Counted from the stretch's first letter, positions 50,917 to 63,073 are shown. The stretch is 64,000 bases of DNA from Candidatus Marinacidobacterales bacterium (GCA_965226495.1 OZ245365.1:4640001-4704000), one strand, 5' to 3'. Made by a program: numbers and translations. Notes: generated by a model from the letters alone, not told the origin.

Positions 50917-51312
50917 TTATCGGACCTTGCTTCCAGGAGGAACGCTTTCGTCGAAGGTCGCGAGAACGGGTTTCCCGTCGGGGGGTTGTGCCGCGAGGAG
51001 CATGCCGTCGGATTCGACGCCCCGGAGGCGGACCGGCTTGAGGTTGGCCACCACGATAATCGTGCGGCCCACGAGCGATTCCGGTTGGTAGACCTCGGCG
51101 ATGCCGGCAACGAGTTGCCTCTTCTCGCTACCCAGATCCACGATGAGCTTCAAGAGTCGAGTCGCCCCGGGGATCGCCTCCGCTTCGAGCACCTTCGCTA
51201 CGCGAAGATCTAAACGACCGAACTCGTCAATTGAGATCTTCTCCTGGGAGACCTTCTCCGGCGACGCAGAGTCATTCTCCGCAGCTTTGTTATCGTCACT
51301 CGTTTCCGTCAT
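50917..51312 (-). CDS. Stand-alone tRNA-binding OB-fold (MetG C-terminal/Trbp111/CsaA-like)
   Basis: LDLRVAKV, RQLVAGIA, VANLKP..LRGVESDGMLLA. Confidence 0.9.
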   Translation of the reverse strand: MTETSDDNKAAENDSASPEKVSQEKISIDEFGRLDLRVAKVLEAEAIPGATRLLKLIVDLGSEKRQLVAGIAEVYQPESLVGRTIIVVANLKPVRLRGVESDGMLLAAQPPDGKPVLATFDESVPPGSKVR

Positions 51313-51330
51313 GAACTTGCCTCCGAGTCG

Positions 51331-52527
51331 TTACTTCTGAGCTCGCTTGCCCAAGTGGCGCCAGGCTGAAATTGCAGCGTGTTGCACTTCCTTGAGCGAA
51401 ACACGCTTTCGCGCCGCGATGCGTCGGCAGTCTTCGAACTCGGGTGCAACGTTCAGAACGCGGCCGCCGCTCAAGCCCAGCTTGACCGCTACCTTCCCAA
51501 AGCGCGTCGATACTTGAACGACCTTGCGCTCGAGCACCTGTCTCTCGACCTCGTGGCACCTCAGACCCAAAGTCGTGCTCTCGGCAAAAAGGATCGCCAC
51601 CATTTCTTGACGTAGAGACAACGGAGCGATGGCCGTTACGTTCACACCCGGCCGGCTCTTCTTCATCGTAGCCGGAGTCAGAAACACGTCGAGTGCGCCA
51701 GCCGCGAGCAGCCTTTCGAGGAGATAGCCGGCAAGCTCCGCGCTCATGTCGTCGATAGTGGCCTCCATGACGAGCACCGTCTGGTTGGCACCTCTCCTCT
51801 GTTCGGTTTCACCTAGGATGAGCCTTAGTGCATTGGGGCGTCCATCTCCAGGATCCTTCGTCCCCAATCCGTAGCCGATCTGTTTTACGGTCATCGCCGG
51901 CCAGGGACCGAATCGCCCGGCCAGCGACGTGACCAAAAGGGCCCCGGTGGGAGTGGTTCGCTCGAAGCTCGAGTCATCCGAAAAAACCGATGCGCCGCGG
52001 AGCAGCAGGGCCGTTGCCGGTGCCGGAACCGACATCCGTCCGTGCTCGATCACCAATTCTCCTCCGCCGACGTTTACCGGTGAGCTCTCCACCGTCTTGA
52101 TGTCGAGGAGCTCCAGACCGATGAGCGTACCGACCACGTCGATGAGAGTATCGAGCGAACCGAGCTCGTGAAGATGGATCTTGTCTATCCGCTTGCCATG
52201 AACCCGCGCCTCGGCGGCGTAGATGCGACGGATGAGCTCCAGTCCACGCTCCTTGAGCTCCGACGAGAGCCGGCTCGCCTCGATGATCTCGGAGAATTCA
52301 GAGAAATGACGGTGCCCTTTGTCTCCTGGCGTCAGGACTTGGACGCGAGTGCCCCGAATTCCTTGCCGTGTCGCCTTGGACGCCTTCAGCTGAAACCGGC
52401 CCATCCGAAGCTTCTTGAGCTCCGCGGTCAACGTCGCGAGCGGCAGACCGAGATCGACGAGCGCACCGAGAGTCATGTCACCGCTCACTCCGGCCGAGCA
52501 ATCGAAGTAGAGGATTCGCTCCGCCAT
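51331..52527 (-). CDS. larC: Nickel pincer cofactor biosynthesis protein LarC
   Basis: YFDCSAGVSGDM.LGAL, HELG, VPAPAT, TPTGA, MKKSRPG, PEFEDC. Confidence 0.93.
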   Translation of the reverse strand: MAERILYFDCSAGVSGDMTLGALVDLGLPLATLTAELKKLRMGRFQLKASKATRQGIRGTRVQVLTPGDKGHRHFSEFSEIIEASRLSSELKERGLELIRRIYAAEARVHGKRIDKIHLHELGSLDTLIDVVGTLIGLELLDIKTVESSPVNVGGGELVIEHGRMSVPAPATALLLRGASVFSDDSSFERTTPTGALLVTSLAGRFGPWPAMTVKQIGYGLGTKDPGDGRPNALRLILGETEQRRGANQTVLVMEATIDDMSAELAGYLLERLLAAGALDVFLTPATMKKSRPGVNVTAIAPLSLRQEMVAILFAESTTLGLRCHEVERQVLERKVVQVSTRFGKVAVKLGLSGGRVLNVAPEFEDCRRIAARKRVSLKEVQHAAISAWRHLGKRAQK

Positions 52528-52530
52528 GCG

Positions 52531-52697
52531 CTAAGTGTCTCGTCTCGGAAGTGATGTTAGCATCGAGAGCGTCGAGGCGCCCGGATCGCAAGGCGCGGCG
52601 AGGGCGACATACCTGGTGTATTCAACCGAGCCGCAACGCAGGGAGGCGGGATGCATCGGCGCACGAATGCAACATGACCTCCGGGACGGGACACTAG
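52531..52697. mobile_element. Hairpin MITE (TAGTGTCC.GT family), copy 1
   Basis: Ends CTAAGTGTCTCGTCTCGGAAGT / ACCTCCGGGACGGGACACTAG; internal core shared with 60151-60371. Confidence 0.75.
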
Positions 52698-53368
52698 AGG
52701 ATTCCTTTCTCTTTGAGACTCGTGTAACGGCCCTGTCCAAGAATCATATGGTCGAGAACTTCGATACCCATGATGCTGCCCGCCTTCTTGAGTCTTCGGG
52801 TCAGCTCGAGATCTTCCCGGGAGGGCGTGGGATCACCGGAGGGATGATTGTGAAACAGAATCAAACCCGCGGCCTGAAGTGACACCGCCTCCCTGAAGAC
52901 CTCGCGGGGGTGGACGAGGCTGCCGTTCAAGCTTCCACGAGAGATGACTGTGAGACGCTTCAAGCGGTTGCGCGTATCCAGTACCAGCACCCCGAACTCT
53001 TCCACCGGCTTCGCGCCGAATCGGGGCAAGAGATACCTCCCCGCGTCGTCTGGAGTCCGGAAGACAGGACGGCGCTCGGGCGGTTCGGCGACGGCGCGCC
53101 TTCCCAACTCGAGCGCCGCCATTAGACGAGCCGTGCGCGCCGATTTGAGTCCTCTCAATCTCGCTAAGCTGTCCGGGGTCGATCGGGCAAGCCCTTCCAG
53201 TCCGCCGGCAGAAGTCAATATCTGGTTGGCAAGCTCGAGCGCGGAGAGACTTCGAGTGCCGGTCCCCAGAACCACGGCCACGAGCTCATTGGTCCCGAGC
53301 ACTTCAGCGCCCCGTGCGAGGAGCTTTTCCCGCGGGCGATCTTCGGGAGCCAGGCCATTCATAATCAA
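52694..53368 (-). CDS. radC: RadC (JAB domain) protein
   Basis: RPREKL, VHPREVF, HNHPSGDPTPS..D, LDH. Confidence 0.95.
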   Translation of the reverse strand: MIMNGLAPEDRPREKLLARGAEVLGTNELVAVVLGTGTRSLSALELANQILTSAGGLEGLARSTPDSLARLRGLKSARTARLMAALELGRRAVAEPPERRPVFRTPDDAGRYLLPRFGAKPVEEFGVLVLDTRNRLKRLTVISRGSLNGSLVHPREVFREAVSLQAAGLILFHNHPSGDPTPSREDLELTRRLKKAGSIMGIEVLDHMILGQGRYTSLKEKGIL

Positions 53369-53384
53369 TCCTTCTATAACGATG

Positions 53385-54131
53385 TCAGGCGATCCCCGCC
53401 GCTTGCATGAGCTCCGGGAGACGAACCGCCGAGGGACCCAGCAGGGTCACATCGGCCATCGAGCTGATGGGTGTTTCTTCCATGTTGACTTCGATCACCA
53501 AGGCGCCGGCTTGCTTCGCCAACACCGGCAAGGAGGCCGCGGGATGGACCAAGGCCGAGGTCCCAACGACCAGTACCGCGTCACTGCTGGACATCGCGCT
53601 CACCGATCGACTGAGAGGCTCTTGAGGCAACATTTCTCCAAACCAAACCACGTCGGGCCGGAGCAAGCTGCCACAGGTACATCGCGGAGGGATCTCGGGC
53701 AAGGGCACCCGGAAATCCTCAGCGTTGTGCGAGCAGCTCGTGCAACGAAGCCGCCAAACGTTGCCGTGAAGCTCCTGCACGTTGCGGCTTCCCGCGGCAC
53801 GGTGCAGCCCGTCGACGTTCTGGGTCACGAGCGTGAACTCGTTCACGCTTTGCTCGAGTCTTACCAAGGCGTCGTGCCCGGCGTTCGGTTTGCAGACCGC
53901 CAACTTTTGTCGCCTCCAGTCATACCACTCCCAACTCATCTTGGGATCGCGCGCGAAGGCCTCCGGCGTGGCCAATTCCTCCGGCCGATGTGTCTTCCAT
54001 AGCCCCTGGGGCCCTCTAAAGGTCGGCACGCCGCTTTCGGCCGATACGCCGGCACCGGTCAATACGCTGACCCGCTCGGCGTCGGCGAGTTTCTTCGCCA
54101 ATTCCCGGACGCCTTGCTCATCGTGTTGCAC
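53385..54131 (-). CDS. cobB: NAD-dependent deacylase (sirtuin)
   Basis: TGAGVSAESGVPTFRG, TQNVDGLH, HG, RPDVVWFGE, VGTS. Confidence 0.95.
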   Translation of the reverse strand: MQHDEQGVRELAKKLADAERVSVLTGAGVSAESGVPTFRGPQGLWKTHRPEELATPEAFARDPKMSWEWYDWRRQKLAVCKPNAGHDALVRLEQSVNEFTLVTQNVDGLHRAAGSRNVQELHGNVWRLRCTSCSHNAEDFRVPLPEIPPRCTCGSLLRPDVVWFGEMLPQEPLSRSVSAMSSSDAVLVVGTSALVHPAASLPVLAKQAGALVIEVNMEETPISSMADVTLLGPSAVRLPELMQAAGIA

Positions 54132-54412
54132 CGTCAGAGTTTATTCCACCGCCCCCGTCGAGGCAACGGAACTCTCCTAATAAGGACGAAAAACAAGCCT
54201 CACCTCCGCCTTAGAGCTGCGCTTCTGGCGCAATGAGCTGGAGTTAGCAAGGATCTCGCCTGGACAAGATTCTTTCCTCGGAGCTAAAACCGGAGATGCA
54301 GCGATTTCTCTCTATCGGTGCCTGGAACAAGAAAGGAGACATATCTCAAGAAAAATCGTCTCTATTCAGTGGCTGCGGACTCTTTTTTGAGTTGGTGCCA
54401 AGCGTGGTCCAT

Positions 54413-54447
54413 TTGACATCATGATGACATCACTATAACATCACGAT
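54413..54447 (+). promoter_or_regulatory. TA promoter (TTGACA-17-TAACAT) with three ACATCA repeats at 11-bp spacing
   Basis: ttgACATCAtgatgACATCActataACATCAcgatATG; no RBS, ATG 6 nt after the -10 box. Confidence 0.7.
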
Positions 54448-54690
54448 ATGGTTCGCACTCAGATTTACTTGGCGAAATCACAGCACCGTGCCCTGCGCCG
54501 TGCTGCAGCCCGCGAAGGAGTCAGCATGACGGAGCTTTTACGCCGGATGATCGACCGGGACTTGCTGAGCAAACCCGGAAAGCCGGAATTCACGAAAGAA
54601 GCCGTCATTTCCTTCATTGGATTAGGAGAAAGCGGCCGCACCGATACTTCCGAGCGGCACGACGACGCACTCGACGAAGCCTTCCGATGA
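54448..54690 (+). CDS. CopG/RHH antitoxin
   Basis: MVRTQIYL..L...A...GVSMTELLRR; C-terminal SERHD..L; overlaps the PIN gene. Confidence 0.85.
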   Translation: MVRTQIYLAKSQHRALRRAAAREGVSMTELLRRMIDRDLLSKPGKPEFTKEAVISFIGLGESGRTDTSERHDDALDEAFR

Positions 54691-55115
54691 GAAAGCTCTT
54701 CGTGGACACCGGTGCTTTCTACGCGATGGCGGACCGCTCCGATCGTCATCACCGGGAAGCGGCGAGGACCTTCCAAAGCCGGGCGGGCGAAGACGAGCTC
54801 ACTACCACGGACCACGTGTTTGTGGAGGCTTGGTTCTTGATCCGCGCGCGACTCGGCCGCCCGGCGGCGATGGGATTCTGGGACGCCATCGAAACGGGCT
54901 TGGTGACGATATTGGGTGTAACGGCGCGGGACTTATTGCGAGGCCACTGGATTGCACGTGAATGGGCCGATCAAGACTTCAGCATCGTCGACTGCACGAG
55001 CTTTGCGATCATGGAGCGTTTGGGCATCGACCAAGCCTTTGCATTCGATGTTCACTTTCGCGTGGTTCGGTTGGGATCCCGGCGCACCCACGCTCTGACG
55101 ATCCTGCCCGGTTGA
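54687..55115 (+). CDS. vapC: PIN-domain (VapC) toxin
   Basis: FVDTGA, D.HH, E, FSIVDCTSF..M, FAFD.HF. Confidence 0.92.
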   Translation: MRKLFVDTGAFYAMADRSDRHHREAARTFQSRAGEDELTTTDHVFVEAWFLIRARLGRPAAMGFWDAIETGLVTILGVTARDLLRGHWIAREWADQDFSIVDCTSFAIMERLGIDQAFAFDVHFRVVRLGSRRTHALTILPG

Positions 55116-55247
55116 GATGGAATGCTGACAGTCTCCTCCAGACGAGATGGTCCGTCGTCTACCTTGAGGTTTTATCGGGCGTTTTAGCTCACCAGGTTCT
55201 GGCGCGCGCCACCAAAACTTAAAGCGGTAAATCAGAAGCCGGCGCTC

Positions 55248-56750
55248 CTAGAACTGGAGCTGCAGCGACTCCTCGAGCTCCTTTTCTGCGTGATCCTGCC
55301 CGTCGAAACCCAGTAGGCGCCGGGTTCCCCCCACCATCGTTTCGAGATGCACTGGGCGTGTCCACACCTTGTGGATGTTGCTCAGAACGTCTTGGGCGTA
55401 GTCGAGGCGCAAGTCGATGCCCTCGTGCCGATGGTAGAGAAATAGCTCTCCGCGATTTTCGTAGTTGGAGTCCACCACGTAGATGAAGGGATCGCCCATA
55501 TTGGTCAGCTGAAAAAGTAGCTTCTCCTTCACCTTCTGGTAATCACGGTCCAGGATCACATAGCGGCCGGTGGAGGAGTCATACCCGTAGTTGAACAGGC
55601 GATGCTCTTCACAGAACTCGGGAGTGAGAAACGTATCGATGAAAGAGATATCGTTGTAGATCTTCCGGACTTCGAATATTTTCTTCCTGCCGCCGCCGAG
55701 AGATGAGTCCCACTTTCGTTTAGCCTCGACGTCCGAGCACTCTTCATAATCTTTCCCGAATTTCCCTTTGTTCCATCGCTCTTCGATATCGCGAAATAGC
55801 TCGAGACCGAGCTTATACGGATTAATCACTCCGGGCCGTGTGCCTAGCGTCCCGGAATGATGATCGGCGTAGTCGATGACCTCGGAATCAGTTAGCTGGC
55901 GCTCGGTCATGATCTTCGAGTGCCAGTAGCTGGCCCAACCTTCGTTCATGATCTTGGTCATCCCCTGAGGCGCGAAGTAGTAGCTTTCGGCGCGCACGAT
56001 CGCGAGAAGATCCTGCTGCCAATCTTCCAGGGGTGCGTTCTCGATGAGGAAGAGCAAGATATCCCTCTCGGGGGACTCCGGATTGCGGCGTTTCCGCATC
56101 CGCTCGGCCTCGATTTGGTTCTTTTGTTGCTCCAGGAACTCCGCCGGGTTGATGTACTGATCCATGTACTCCTTGCTGCGGAGCTTAGGTACCGCGACTC
56201 GGTCTCCGGGAACGAACTCCTCTTGCGTCTCTTTCTCGCGGCGACGGATGTAGGGGGAGTGCTGATCGATGAGATTCTCCAGTGAGAGTATCGAGTCGAG
56301 GAACTCCTCGACCACCTCGTACCCGAACCGGTCGATATAGCGGCGGACCCGCGTCGCATGGTTTGCCATTCGGTCGATCATCTTACGGTTGGTGTGGCTG
56401 AACCACAGATTGTTCTTGAAGAAATCGCAGTGGCCGTATACGTGAGCGATGACCAGCTTTTGATCGGTCTCGCTGTTGCTCTTCATCAAGTAGGCGTAAC
56501 AAGGATCGTTGTTGATCACGAGCTCGTAAATCTTGGATAGACCGTACGTATAGCCTTTGGCGAGCTTTTCGTACTCCATTCCGAAGCGCCAGTGCGGATA
56601 TCGGGTGGGGAAGCCGAGATAGGCGGCGACCTCGTTCAGCTGGTCGTAGTCGACGAGCTCAAAGATAGTGTCGAAGAAATCGAGGCCATAGTTCTTGGCG
56701 TCTTCGTGGACTGACTGCCTGATGGCTTCGAGATTCGGTGGTAGATTCAT
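55248..56750 (-). CDS. spoVR: SpoVR-family protein
   Basis: RYPHWRFG, YELVIN.DPC.AYL, HVYGHCDFFKNN, TKIMNEGWASYWH. Confidence 0.95.
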   Translation of the reverse strand: MNLPPNLEAIRQSVHEDAKNYGLDFFDTIFELVDYDQLNEVAAYLGFPTRYPHWRFGMEYEKLAKGYTYGLSKIYELVINNDPCYAYLMKSNSETDQKLVIAHVYGHCDFFKNNLWFSHTNRKMIDRMANHATRVRRYIDRFGYEVVEEFLDSILSLENLIDQHSPYIRRREKETQEEFVPGDRVAVPKLRSKEYMDQYINPAEFLEQQKNQIEAERMRKRRNPESPERDILLFLIENAPLEDWQQDLLAIVRAESYYFAPQGMTKIMNEGWASYWHSKIMTERQLTDSEVIDYADHHSGTLGTRPGVINPYKLGLELFRDIEERWNKGKFGKDYEECSDVEAKRKWDSSLGGGRKKIFEVRKIYNDISFIDTFLTPEFCEEHRLFNYGYDSSTGRYVILDRDYQKVKEKLLFQLTNMGDPFIYVVDSNYENRGELFLYHRHEGIDLRLDYAQDVLSNIHKVWTRPVHLETMVGGTRRLLGFDGQDHAEKELEESLQLQF

Positions 56751-56765
56751 CTTGGCTCGCGCTTC

Positions 56766-57869
56766 CTAACGTCCTTTGCCGAGGAAGGCCTTGATGGAGT
56801 TGAAAATGTGCTCCCGACCTTCAATACGGGAAAGTCCCAGATTATCGGTGCCTTCGAACCGGTCGGCTAGCATATCGAGAAACTTCCCGCTCCCATACCG
56901 ACCCTCGACCTGTCCGTAGCAAAACAGATTCGCTCGCGGGAGGATGCGGTTGGTTATCAGGTCGACGCACAATTCATCGTCCCCGTCGGAGAGGTTGTCA
57001 CCGTCCGAAAAGTGAAAGAGGTAGACATTCCAATCGTCGAACGGAAAATGTTTTTGCATCATGTTGGCTGCCAGCTGGTAGGCGGAAGAGATTCGTGTGC
57101 CGCCCGACTCCCGCAAATGGTAGAAGACATCGGCATCGACTTCCTTGGCCTCCGTATCGTGAACAATGTACCGGCTTTCGATCCCTCGATACTGTGAGCG
57201 CAGCCACGTGTCGATCCAGAAGGATTCGATGCGCACGATCTCCTTCTGCTCGTCTTCCATCGACCCAGACACGTCCATCATATAGATGATCACCGCATTC
57301 GCTGTGGGTCCGGGCACTTTCTTGCGAGCCCGATAACGGAAATCTTCCCGGATGGGAACGATGACCGGCCGTTCCGGCGAGTAAGTTCCGGATGCGATCT
57401 GGCGTTTGAGGGCCTGCTTGTAAGTTCGTTTGAAGTGGCGCAGCGATTCGGGTCCCACCCGGTTGATGCCGACGTAGCGGTCTTCCTCTTGGATGATGTT
57501 CTTCTTGCCCCGAGGTTCGATGCGGGGAAGCTCTAATTCCTCGCCCAGGATCGTGGCCAATTCGGAAAGCTGAACGTCCACCTCGAGCAGATGCTCGCCA
57601 GGCATATCACCGGCCCCTTGGGCCCCCTCGCCGGGTGCCGCCCCAATCGGCGTGCCTGCCTCGCCCTCTCCCTGCCCCACACCGCCGGTGCTGCGGGGGT
57701 CGTAACGAAACGTGGGAATCTCGACTTGGGGAACGGGGATAGAAACGAAGTCCTTGCCGCGGCGGCCGATGAACTCCCCGCGGGTGATGTACTTTTTCAG
57801 ATTGCGGCGGATGGCGCCACGGACGATCTGCTTAAAGCGGTTTTGGTCGCGCTCGATGCTGAGGACCAT
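56766..57869 (-). CDS. yeaH: YeaH/YhbH (DUF444) vWA-like protein
   Basis: [29 protein letters not shown]. Confidence 0.92.
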   Translation of the reverse strand: MVLSIERDQNRFKQIVRGAIRRNLKKYITRGEFIGRRGKDFVSIPVPQVEIPTFRYDPRSTGGVGQGEGEAGTPIGAAPGEGAQGAGDMPGEHLLEVDVQLSELATILGEELELPRIEPRGKKNIIQEEDRYVGINRVGPESLRHFKRTYKQALKRQIASGTYSPERPVIVPIREDFRYRARKKVPGPTANAVIIYMMDVSGSMEDEQKEIVRIESFWIDTWLRSQYRGIESRYIVHDTEAKEVDADVFYHLRESGGTRISSAYQLAANMMQKHFPFDDWNVYLFHFSDGDNLSDGDDELCVDLITNRILPRANLFCYGQVEGRYGSGKFLDMLADRFEGTDNLGLSRIEGREHIFNSIKAFLGKGR

Positions 57870-57881
57870 TACAAGAGTGCC

Positions 57882-59945
<2,064 letters not shown>

Positions 59946-60150
59946 GAGGCTGTGACCTCCATGTTCAGATCGAAGTGGTCCGTCTCTACTGTTGAAAGGT
60001 TGCTTAGTATCTATGATAGGAACGCAGAGCGGGATTGTCAATTGAAACCAAGGGGATACGGCCGGCGTGGGGAGCGGGCGAATAAAGCCAACCGGCGCGG
60101 CTGAGGAATGCGCCGTCAGCCCACGCGAGAGCTAGAACTGATTGTCGCTG

Positions 60151-60371
60151 CTAGTGTCCTGTCTCAGTAGTTCGTTGCACAAAGCTCGAGGCCATTTTGT
60201 GTGCTGGCGAGGCGTGCCGACGAAGTCATATCTGGATATTTCCCGCCTTCCGCAGCGAGCCTGCCGAGCGGAGGGCTAGGCCGAAGGCCGAACTGCAATG
60301 AATGCCGCAACGAAGCCAGCGCGCAAAAGGGGCCGAGATTTATATGACGAACTACTCGGACGGGGCACTAG
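60151..60371. mobile_element. Hairpin MITE (TAGTGTCC.GT family), copy 2
   Basis: Terminal repeats CTAGTGTCCTGTCTCAGTAGTTCGT vs revcomp CTAGTGCCCCGTCCGAGTAGTTCGT (21/25); pairing extends ~55 bp; CTAG at both ends. Confidence 0.85.
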
Positions 60372-62004
60372 GTCGAGGGTGGCTCTCGGGCGCGACGTAC
60401 CAATTGAAGTCGCAGGAAGGAACGATAGTCCCCTCCTCGGCGACGTGCTCGATCAATAGGTTTCTGACTTCTTCTGAGGAGCGCCACAGGATTTCCGCGT
60501 CGGTGAGCATTTTGTAGCCCCCGCCGCCTGCCGCACGATAGTTCGTCGTCACCAACGTGAACTCTTGCTCGGGATCCATCTTCCTTCCTTGGTAACTGAG
60601 CTCTCGAATCCGATCGCCCACCGGCCGCGTGGGATCGATTCGATAATCGGCGCCTGCCAACATGTCGAAGTTGTATGCACGCACGAGAGGATCGAGCTCG
60701 ATCACGAGTCGCCCGGTCTCGGCGTCGAGCACGGCGTGTTCGTAGTATCGGGCCGAGTGCTCGAGAGCTTCTTTCACGTCACGTCCCTTCACTTTCAGAA
60801 CCACGAGGGTGTTGTCGTATGGATAGAAGGACAGAAGCTGCTGTACGGTTACCGGTCCTGCCGGGATTCCTTCGAAACGATAGGGTAAAAGAGCGGCCAG
60901 AGATAATTGCGCTCCACTTTCCTCGAGCATGACTCTCTGGAGAAGATCCATGAGCGCCGTATCTCGAAAACGTGCTCGCTCGGCGCCGAGCGGCTCGAGC
61001 GCCTCGCCGAGGACACTACTGATATAGGCCATCGTCCTCTCGTGATAGGGCCGACCGAGCTCTAGCACTTTTTCGTCGGACTCGAAGTCCGATGCCGATA
61101 GGAGCTCTCCATCCCAGCGGCTCAGCCGCAACTTTCCGGAAGAATCTTTCTCGAAATGCAGATCGACGCGGCACAAAGAATCTCCCCAACGGCCCGGCTC
61201 ACAGAGGATCACTCCGTTCAACTCTTGCGGAGGGACCTTCTGGTGGGCGTGGCCCATGAGAATGACGTCGATCCCCGGCACTTCTTTCGTCAACCGATAG
61301 ACTTGGTTCTCATACTCCGACTTGTTGGATTCACCACTCTCGAGGTCGCGCTCGAGCGCTTGATGGGTCACGACCACGACAGTATCGACCCCTTCCTTCT
61401 CGAGGAGTATCGGTACGTATTGCTTCGCAGCCTCCACCGTGTCCACGAACTCGAGGCCGGCATAGTTCTCGGGCGTCTCCCACGTCGGGACGGCGCGCGT
61501 TGTGAGGCCCAGGATCCCCACCTTGACGCCGTTCAATTCTTTCACGAGATAGGGCTCGAAGAGCGTCCCTCCCTCTTCGGTCACGACGTTGGCCGAGAGC
61601 CAAGGGAAAGACGCGTCGTTCCTTGCGCGCTGGAGAACTTCGAGACCAAAGTTGAATTCATGATTACCGACCGCCATTGCGTCGAATCCGACCCGGTTCA
61701 TGGCCAGCATGGTCGGCTCGTGTGGACCGGGGTGCTTCCGTTGATGAACGTAGGCGAGGGCCGATCCTTGGATCGTGTCTCCGGCGTCGAGCAAGAGCAC
61801 CGGTCGTCCTTCCGAGCGGACGGACTCGACCATCGTGGCAACTCTCGCCACCCCGATATCGGCATCTCGGTTTCGGAAGTAGTCGAAGGGGTAGATGTAT
61901 CCATGCAGATCGGACGTCTGAAGCAAGGTGATCTGCTGAGCGTGGAGTGGGAGGGCGAGGAGGTGAAGGGCAGCGACAGCGGTGGCAGTTCGCATCATCT
62001 TCAT
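60352..62004 (-). CDS. Bifunctional 2',3'-cyclic phosphodiesterase / 5'-nucleotidase
   Basis: Signal peptide, TSDLHG, DAGDTIQGS, GNHEFNFG, GHAH, YPYDN, NYRAAGGG. Confidence 0.92.
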   Translation of the reverse strand: MKMMRTATAVAALHLLALPLHAQQITLLQTSDLHGYIYPFDYFRNRDADIGVARVATMVESVRSEGRPVLLLDAGDTIQGSALAYVHQRKHPGPHEPTMLAMNRVGFDAMAVGNHEFNFGLEVLQRARNDASFPWLSANVVTEEGGTLFEPYLVKELNGVKVGILGLTTRAVPTWETPENYAGLEFVDTVEAAKQYVPILLEKEGVDTVVVVTHQALERDLESGESNKSEYENQVYRLTKEVPGIDVILMGHAHQKVPPQELNGVILCEPGRWGDSLCRVDLHFEKDSSGKLRLSRWDGELLSASDFESDEKVLELGRPYHERTMAYISSVLGEALEPLGAERARFRDTALMDLLQRVMLEESGAQLSLAALLPYRFEGIPAGPVTVQQLLSFYPYDNTLVVLKVKGRDVKEALEHSARYYEHAVLDAETGRLVIELDPLVRAYNFDMLAGADYRIDPTRPVGDRIRELSYQGRKMDPEQEFTLVTTNYRAAGGGGYKMLTDAEILWRSSEEVRNLLIEHVAEEGTIVPSCDFNWYVAPESHPRPSAPSE

Positions 62005-62107
62005 TAGTAACCTCGCTTAACTGGTACTATACATCGATGCCGATGACCGGGCCTCTGGTGGAACGCCAAAATACGGAGCTGCCAACGGTCAAAGTGGCCA
62101 GGCGTCC

Positions 62108-63073
62108 ATGAAATATCGTCGGCTTGGAAGAACCAACCTCCAGATCTCCGAGGTCGGTTTCGGCGCCTGGGCCATTGGCGGCCCCGTCGACATTGCCGGG
62201 AAGCCTTTCGGCTGGGGTCCGGCGGACGAAACGCAAACGACCACCGCCATCCGGCGGGCGCTCGATCTGGGAGTCAATTTTTTCGACACTGCTGACGTTT
62301 ACGGTCTCGGCCGCAGCGAAGAAATCCTGGGACGCGTCCTCAAGGGCCGAGACGTCATCATCGCCACCAAAGCTGGCAACATCCGCACCGAGTCCGGGCA
62401 GACCGGCAAAGACTTCAGCAAGGACTATCTGCTCGAAGCGGTAGAAGGAAGCTTGAAGCGGCTTCGACGGGAGACTCTCGACCTCTTCCAGCTCCACAAT
62501 CCTTCCGAAGAGGAACTACGGCGGGGAGATTGTCTCGAAGCGTTGGAGCAGATTCGCCAAACGGGGAAGGTTCGCCACACCGGCGTCTCCATCAACAACC
62601 CCGAAGAAGGGCTCGCAGTGCTCAACGGTCCCCTTCCAGTGGATAGCCTTCAGCTTGTTTACAACTTGCTCAAGACCCGGATGGCGGAACGCGTGCTACC
62701 GCTGGCCCTCGAAGAGGACGTGGGGGTCATTGCGCGGGTGCCTTTTCAATACGGCCTGCTAACCGGGAAATTCGAGCGTGACGTCAGCTTTCGAAAAGAC
62801 GACCATCGAAGCTGGACCCTCGCTCCAGAGCTCATCGAGAAAGGCGTCGACTTGCTGGAAGCGCTTTCCCCCCACCTCGAGCAACATAGCCTGTCGGCGG
62901 CCCAGTACGCGCTGAAATTCGTCCTCGCCCATCCGGCCGTGTCACTCACCATTCCCGGGGCACGAACACCGGATCAAGTCGAGTCGAACGTGTCGGCCTC
63001 CGATGGCGCTCCCCTGCCGCCCTCTCTGCTACGCGCCACCGCAGAAGCGCAGCGGCTCGAAGCACCTAGCTGA
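62108..63073 (+). CDS. Aldo/keto reductase
   Basis: GFGAW, FDTADVYG.G.SE, IATK, SLKRL..DLFQLH, IPGA. Confidence 0.95.
   Translation: MKYRRLGRTNLQISEVGFGAWAIGGPVDIAGKPFGWGPADETQTTTAIRRALDLGVNFFDTADVYGLGRSEEILGRVLKGRDVIIATKAGNIRTESGQTGKDFSKDYLLEAVEGSLKRLRRETLDLFQLHNPSEEELRRGDCLEALEQIRQTGKVRHTGVSINNPEEGLAVLNGPLPVDSLQLVYNLLKTRMAERVLPLALEEDVGVIARVPFQYGLLTGKFERDVSFRKDDHRSWTLAPELIEKGVDLLEALSPHLEQHSLSAAQYALKFVLAHPAVSLTIPGARTPDQVESNVSASDGAPLPPSLLRATAEAQRLEAPS

Noticed and set aside
51331-52527. larC without larA/larB/larE nearby
   Set aside because: lar genes are frequently dispersed; cannot be judged from one window.
52694-55115. radC + sirtuin + TA as an anti-phage defence island
   Set aside because: This is a full-length housekeeping-type RadC and a canonical CobB in a core-gene run; no defence effector domains.
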